NCBI GenBank assembly: GCA_051294375.1
Contig: CM119270.1
Span: 6,036,027 to 6,100,026 of the forward strand
Length of the DNA: 64,000 nt
Reading direction: 5' to 3'
DNA from: Paraspadella gotoi
Lineage: Eukaryota > Animalia > Chaetognatha
A program made the position numbers and the translations under genes. The notes under the pieces are model-generated. The model searched no databases. It saw only the letters and a list, made by a program, of their open reading frames with translations, and was not told the DNA's origin. Below, piece by piece: positions 57,454 through 64,000 of the stretch; positions within the stretch are counted from its first letter, which is position 1; each line of letters begins with the position of its first letter.

Positions 57454-60400
57454 TCACTCAATGTTGGCCATGATTTCGATCAGCTTCTCGAAAATATCGA
57501 TGCCTTCGAGGAAGACATCTTCATGGAGGCACTCGTCGAAGGCGTGCTGGCGATCCGGCGTGTTTCGAAGCGGGGAAAATCCCACTGCTTGAACCCCGAC
57601 CGCCCTGCAAATTGACAATCACATATTTAAATTTACTTAGCCATTGAATTTTGTCAAAATATTAAATAAAAGCTTGAAGAGACAGTAATTATTGTTATGT
57701 GTTAGTGAGAGAACCGTTCAATATAAGCAGTCCCTGAGCTTCGAATCAGACTGTAACACCATGTTACAGGCGGGTTAAGCGCCCCTTCCTTCTTAAATTC
57801 TAGGCGACCACCGGGCGAGAACTCCGGACCTTTGGGTTGGGAGGCAATTGACTTGCCTCCGGCACCAATGGCCGCTGATGAACGGTTGGTGGATTTTAGT
57901 CCACCATAAGCTAATAAAAATCTTGAGACCTGAGATATTTGCTGTCGGTTCCACCGCCGCAAATGACGGGTCTGTATCTGACCCCGAGCTTCTTCAAAGC
58001 TCCGTCAAACGCCATCCAATATTTGGAGTCAGAATTAGTTTTAGTCGCAACCTGGTGAGGATGAAGAGAAATAATACGAAACAGATTCGAACAAAAGGGA
58101 AACAAAAATGTTATTTGATGAAAAAAAAAAGACTTTGGACAAAAATCCTAATTGTTTGATGATTGCCTTAAATAGACTTTTGACCAAAGGCGCACGTTTT
58201 AATTTATTTGCTAAACTCACGGTATTTCCGGAACGTTGAATTGATTTCACTCGTACTCCTATGAGAGAGAGAAGAATACGACAATCTTTCACTAGTGAAA
58301 AATCGTATTTCATCATGACAACCACGCTCATATCACATTCACCCAGACCATACTTACCTTCTCCTGCATCGGCGACCCACTCGTGGATCCGCTGTTCCAT
58401 TTCTATGACGCTGTGATTCGGAGAAACGCGACAGTCAAACGTGGCCGTGATGTCCGTAGGTATCACGTTTGACTGGATGCCACCTGGCGGGGTGAGTGAA
58501 GTAAGTAACAGCGTCGCATTATCGTATCGCTTACCGATTAGCGCGCACCTGCAAAAAGCTTACATGCCAGGACTATAATGCATCAAAACCGTCAATATCG
58601 AAATACGATACGAATTATTTAGAATGACGCTTTCCCCGACATCAATTTTTTTTTCTTTTATAGCTAATTTATTAGTTCTGAAGCCTCCGGAATGAAAACT
58701 AAATCGGGCGGCCTTAGTATTTTAAATACATTCAAATACTTTAATTCGAACTTTACCTAAATAACAAAAACACATTTTTCAATATTTCAGAGCTTATTCG
58801 AGATGCTCTCGTTAAGGTCCGATCAGTATTTTAACTTTTATTAGAAATGTTTCGAGGTGCTCTCGTTAAGGTTCGATCGTTTTTTGCCTCTGTAGAATTT
58901 TGTATTTTTCACTCTCTCTCGCTTTCTTGTTTATTTGCTGACGCGAAATAAATTCTTTAAAAGAAGATTCCTGCTTTTCGATGTTAGTATAGCTCAGGAA
59001 AAGGGAGCTCTTCAGTTCTACGACTCACCGTTAACCATCGTGAGGTTCACGGTCGTGACTTCACCGAGAGTGAGATGGGGATTTGACGACAACAAAGCTT
59101 CTTGTTCTCGTCGGAAAATTGAAACCGAGTTTAAAAAGCGTCGAAATTTTTCTAAGGAAAAAAAAAAGAATAGCACGATTCAAAATTTTTGACAAAACGT
59201 TTAGTATGAATCACTGTGATAGTAGGTTTTAAAAAAGTTAAAAAAGCTTTACTATATAACATGCTACTTTGTTTCGGTTTTAGAACCGACACAAACCACA
59301 CACCAGCGGCGGCGTTTTGCACGAAGCGTGAGCCGTGGCCAGGGTTGCCCGTGAAAACGATCGTAAATTTGTGCCCAATACGCTCGGCATAGTAAACGCT
59401 ACAAACCGAGTTGCCTTCGCCTGTAAATAGAGAATGGAAGAGTTTTTTTAATTCCAAGATTAGAGAAGCTAATATTCAAAATAAGCCAAATCATATAACC
59501 TGCAGCGACGGACTCGTCAAAAGAAAAGCCAATGTTCAAACTCTGTATAAATTTTGATTCCACCAAAGCTTTCATGCCTGATTGGAATATAAATAAAGTA
59601 ATTTTTATTCCTATAAATGCAGTCGAAAATAAAACAATTTGAACAATGAACGTAAGCTTAGATTATTTGAACCTATTATGGTGGACTAAAATCCACCAAC
59701 CGTTCATCAGCGGTCATTGGTGCCGGAGGCAAGTCATTCGCAAGTCATTCGCAAGTCATTCGCCAAAGGTCCGGGGTTCTAGCCTGGTGGCCGCCTTGCA
59801 GTTAAGAGGGACGGGGCGCTTAACCCGCCTGTAACATGGTGTTACAGCCTGATCCGAAGCTCAGGGACTGCTTATATTGAACGGTTCTATCACTAACTCA
59901 TAACAATAATTACTGTCTCTTCACTATCAAGTTGTCGAAAACATAAAAATGCTATTACGATATATATACCCTCACGTCATAATAAAAAGGCACTGTGGTT
60001 TATTTCTCATGTTTACCTTTATGTCCCCCAACCTCCTCGTCGGGAACAAAAGTAAGCACGATGGTTCTCAAGAGATACTTGCCCGCCTCCTTGAGCCGAC
60101 GCACTGCTTCGAGATGCTGCATTCCAATGCCCTTCATATCCTACGCAGTATAAAATGTTTTAATGAACCATTACTGAGATATGCGTTATCCTTTTTTTGA
60201 ATAACTATGTTTGCCAGTTTGGGGCACTATTGTAAAGACTCGGTGCACTTCAAAAAAAAAAAAAAATAACGGGCTAACTTGTAAATTAACACAATTAACA
60301 CTATCCTGCTATCGTGATCCAGGAGAGTCGACACCTCAAGCACCAACGAGCATCAACGAGCTTTCATCAAGCAACGAGCATCACCGAATTCTCCCCCCCC

Positions 60401-61145
60401 CGATTACCTGAATTCCCCGACCGTATATCATTCCGTCCTCGGTCTTCGCTGCCTCGAAGGGAGGATAAGTCCATTTCTCGGCGTAAACTGGCTTAAGATT
60501 TAAAAATCGTCTGCTTTTAAAAAAAATTCAAATACCGAACGCTATTTATTCTTTGGGTTGGTTTTTTGCTCTTATAGTTGATACCGGCTACGACGTCCAT
60601 GTGCGAATTGAGCAGAATCGCCTCTTGCGACGGGTCCATTCCTCTCAATGTCATAACCACGATCGGGTCCCCGCCTAAATTCAAATAAACGGTTAATGAA
60701 GGACAATGAAAACATACGATTGGAGGACAGGAAATTTAAAATCTACTTCGTTTCAATTTTTATTTGAATACATGAGCCATGATTATTAGTTGAGATTGTA
60801 ACGGTAATTTCATTTAGATATTTATCCACATTATTATTTCTTTTGACTTACCCGGGTTAACTCTCTGACAATCGAGGCCAATATCCGTGGCCTGTTGCAT
60901 CAGAAAGTCGACAGCCTTCTCGTACTTTGGATTTGGGTGAGAAGTGTCGATGCGGAGGTAATGTCGCAGTCTAGTCACCGACGCATCTTCGCCATCCTGA
61001 GTGATATTATGAGATGGAAAATGTTTGAATATTTGAAAAAAGATCTTTTTAGCTTATGAAGGTACATAGAAGAATAGGAAAGAAAAGTATTTTAATCATA
61101 TCATTTTAAATGGAACTGTCGTTTACTCACTATTGCCATCGCCAT
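57454..61145 (-). CDS. ACY1: Aminoacylase-1 (M20A N-acyl-L-amino-acid amidohydrolase), 12 exons
   Basis: Motifs [129 protein letters not shown]; Zn ligands and the catalytic Glu are present. Approximate exons: 61145-61131, 60996-60852, 60675-60585, 60487-60408, 60140-60017, 59577-59500, 59421-59304, 59151-59029, 58483-58358, 58258-58221, 58051-57930, 57604-57454. Confidence 0.93.
57675..57908 (-). mobile_element. Solo LTR of the tRNA-containing TRIM, in the last ACY1 intron
   Basis: 234-bp reverse complement of the LTR with 4-bp TSD AGCT/AGCT. Confidence 0.9.
59677..59923 (+). mobile_element. Solo LTR of the tRNA-containing TRIM, in an ACY1 intron
   Basis: TATGG...CTTCA with 4-bp TSD CTAT/CTAT; internal triplication of GCAAGTCATTC. 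Confidence 0.9.
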
Positions 61146-61841
61146 TGCAGTCAAAATGCGGGTTATGATTTTTAAATAGAAGTTTCTTTTTTAAGATTTT
61201 TATTTTTTGTGTCAAATATAATTTTTTTGAAATCGTTCTCAACGGGAATGCAAGAGAGAAGCTTGACTCTCATCAACAGTCAATGGATTATGATATTCTT
61301 ACTGTAACCGGTTCTTGAAAACAATTTTTTAAGCTCAGTGTATCTACTTACAAAACATTTCTGACTCGGGTTTACATTTTTAAAGATATCTTTTCTAATG
61401 AGAATCTGAGTGCTTGAGTCCTTATTTTTTAGAGCCAGCTTCTTTGATAGGACTCACTCAGCTCCTCAGCTCAGGTCATCGACCCGTTTCAGTTATAATT
61501 AGCCTCGGTCGACATCCTTCTAGAAGACCGCCAACACTTTCATTACTCTCATTTTATATTAAATGTTTTCGTTATTTTCGTTTATATCTATTTTAAAATG
61601 TAATTCCCTGCCTAATTATAAAGTGTCAAGCTTCGTGCACAACTTATAAAAAAAAAAAATTAAAAACTGTGAAGTTTTATTAATTTGTAAAATGAATAGT
61701 ATTCGATTACAACGCTCGATGTACAATTGTAAATATACAAAATTTTTGACTTTTTATTTTTACTTTCGCTTTTACTTTTTCTCTAGCTAAATACCAATAT
61801 AGTGAATAATATCCGGTCATTTATTCTAAAGACTTCATTTA

Positions 61842-63048
61842 TCAATTTTTATTTTCCTGTCGAAGTTGTTCTCTCAATGGTTTACAGGAAGATGGAAAAA
61901 TTTTGACATTTGAAGCGAGTTGTCCAAAATCGTCGACAGCTCGGTGTTTCACTTGAAGGGATAAAATAATGTTTCAACAAAATAGATTCATTTTATCAAT
62001 GAAATTTGAAAATATTAAATAGATGAAGCAATCAACGGACGCATATAGCGTATCTCACCTTTCCCGTCGACCATCAAATGTAATCCAGCGAGGTCAACTC
62101 TCGCCCGAGGATCCGTTGGGAAATGAAATCCAAAATCAAACTCTTTTTCCTCTTCTTCGATTTCGGTCTCGCGAGAAACGAACGCCCATTGTCCCGGCGT
62201 CAAGAAAGGTAAAAAGTCCTTTATCAATCTGAGAGGAAAAGGGCAGAGAAAGAGGAGAGAAGAACATTTTTAATCTTGGATGGCGAGTGACATTTGACCA
62301 CTGATTCGTCTTTATCAAAAAACTATATAAAATAATATATAATAACAAGAATTTATAATATACATAAAATATATTATAAATAATTAAAATATATAAAATT
62401 GAATAATCATTATAATTACTTTGTCCCTAACTGGAGCACTGGTCCTTTATCGTCTTTGGAGTAACGATCTACACGAATCCACGTCGAGACCTGAGAAACA
62501 AAGAAGCGAATGCAATTCTGCGGACGACGACGACGACGACGACGACAACGATGAAGGAAGAAATAAATCCCAAATGGCGAGATTTAATGTCACATCTTTT
62601 CGCTCGGTAATCAATGTCATTAACCTTCACTTTGGATTCGTTATTTTTTGAATATTCCTGCCAAACGACTCTGGCCACGTTCGACGTGCAATTTTCGTTT
62701 CTTTTCAAGAAAATAAGGTCGTCTTTTCCTGTTGGGTTCGATTCGTCTAAAAATTAAGATTGATGAATGAATGAATGAATGAATGGATGAATTCAATCAA
62801 TCAATCTTGATTCACTTTTTTTGCCATTTTACTTTCTTTTTATCAGTTTTTGCAATCATTTAAATATAATGAATCAGCCCATCAGTAATCAGCCAAGTAT
62901 TGTTTTTTAATTTGTCCCTGAATAAAGATACGCCACCGGATGTCACGTAAAAGTTTCCTCCGTCGTGAAAATGAGGAAAGAGAGGCAACTTTCTTCTCAC
63001 TTCCAAGGATTCGTCTGGTCTCCCGTTTACGAAGACTGTTTTGCGCAC
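61842..63048 (-). CDS. Tandem family paralog D, 3' exons only (5' part not in the window)
   Basis: Exons ~63048-62937 (VRKTVFVNG..FYVTSG), ~62746-62625, ~62490-62420 (VSTWIRVDR), ~62228-62059 (GQWAFVS..RVDLAGL), ~61952-61842 (HRAVDDFGQL..*). Same exon order and phases as paralog C. Confidence 0.75.
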
Positions 63049-63469
63049 TAGATCAACGAGAAAATAATTGGTAAAGTTTGAAAAAAATTGAAAAAATAAA
63101 CTAAAAAGAATTCTAATAATTGTTTGTACAAGGACAAGTAAAAAAAAGATTTTTCCTTTTTTAATTTATCTGAATTTAAAAAAAAAAACTGGCTTGTCAT
63201 AAGAATGTGTTTATTTAAGTTTTATATGAAATTGGTACAACCAAAATAAAAATTATCCTAAGTTGTAGTTCATTCAAATAGCGATGTCGCCGGCGATTCA
63301 CGCACGAGTTGCAGGTGTGGTTCTAGTTGGTTGGCGACTTCGCCATGGCGATATCGCCAGGGCTTTGGCGATTTCGCCAGTCCCCCCACTGGCGACCTCG
63401 CCAGTGATAAAAGTAGCGAATATAATGAAAAGCGCAGCTAACACGGGATGAGCATCACCTACAGGCTCC

Positions 63470-64000
63470 TCTCCCAACCCTAACCCTAAACCAAACCTCC
63501 CGTTCAACTCTGTGCCTCTCCCCTAACCCTAACCCGGGCCTGGGCCTCCCGTACATCTCCATGCCTCAACCCTAACCCTAACCGCCTTTGTTGCATCAAC
63601 CACGGCCCCTCCCCAACCCTAACCCTAAACCAAGCCTTCCGTTCAACTCCGTGCCTCAACCCTAACCCTAACCGCCTTCGATGCATCAACCACGGCCCCT
63701 CCCCCAACCCTAACCCTAAACTAAGCCTCCCGTTCAACTCCATGCCTCTTCCTAACCCTAACCCAGGCCCGGCCTCCCGTACATCTCCGTGCCTCAACCC
63801 TAACCCTTACCGCCTTCGATGCATCAACCATGGGTCCCTCCCCCAACCCTAACCCTAAACCAAGCCTCCCGTTCAACTCCATGCCTCTCCCTTAACCCTA
63901 ACCCAGGCCCGGCCTCCCGTACATCTCCATACCTCAACCCTAACCCTAATCGCCTTTGATATATAAGCCACGGGCCTCTCTCCCAACCCTAACCCTAAAC
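63470..64000 (+). repeat. Higher-order minisatellite containing telomere-like (CCCTAA)2-3 blocks
   Basis: ~45-bp subunits each anchored on AACCCTAACCCTAA, alternating three spacer types (~140-bp higher-order unit); runs to the window end. Confidence 0.85.

Noticed and set aside
57675-57908. Classical tRNA-SINE interpretation of the 234-bp repeat
   Set aside because: It has ~33 nt upstream of the tRNA part, no tail, constant 4-bp TSDs, and a paired copy with PBS and PPT.
57872-57908. CTGATGA in the LTR as a hammerhead core
   Set aside because: No helix II followed by GAAA and no cleavage triplet.
62655-62665. CAG|GAATAT as a third GA donor in paralog D
   Set aside because: The frame stays open to a canonical AAG|GTTAAT donor at the position homologous to A, B and C.
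63504-63797. LGLG-rich ORF
   Set aside because: Translation of the TTAGGG-containing minisatellite.

Overview
Eukaryotic (metazoan, probably invertebrate) genomic DNA with AT-rich, microsatellite-laden introns and GC-rich exons. All well-supported genes lie on the minus strand. They are: a truncated secreted-protein exon at the left edge; a two-exon C2H2 zinc-finger gene (1854-3449); a ~31-exon MPRIP/outspread-type gene with two PH domains and a coiled coil (4545-26584), which carries an intronless C2H2 gene inside one intron on the same strand; a tandem family of four related genes (A 33501-41795, B 44343-49087, C 50588-56167, D 61842-63048, 5' part missing), where A-C encode secreted proteins with a degenerate PAN-like module plus two beta-sandwich repeats; and a 12-exon aminoacylase-1 gene (57454-61145). 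Main highlights: (1) a complete miniature LTR retrotransposon (TRIM) whose LTRs each contain a tRNA-like Pol III cassette, with PBS, PPT and 4-bp TSD, plus three solo LTRs (Helenus/TRIMp3-like); (2) apparent GA-AG introns in paralogs A and B where paralog C has GT; (3) a ~323-bp repeat with one fixed end and a nearby minimal hammerhead ribozyme. Gene models were assembled by eye, so exon coordinates marked ~ may be off by a few bases.
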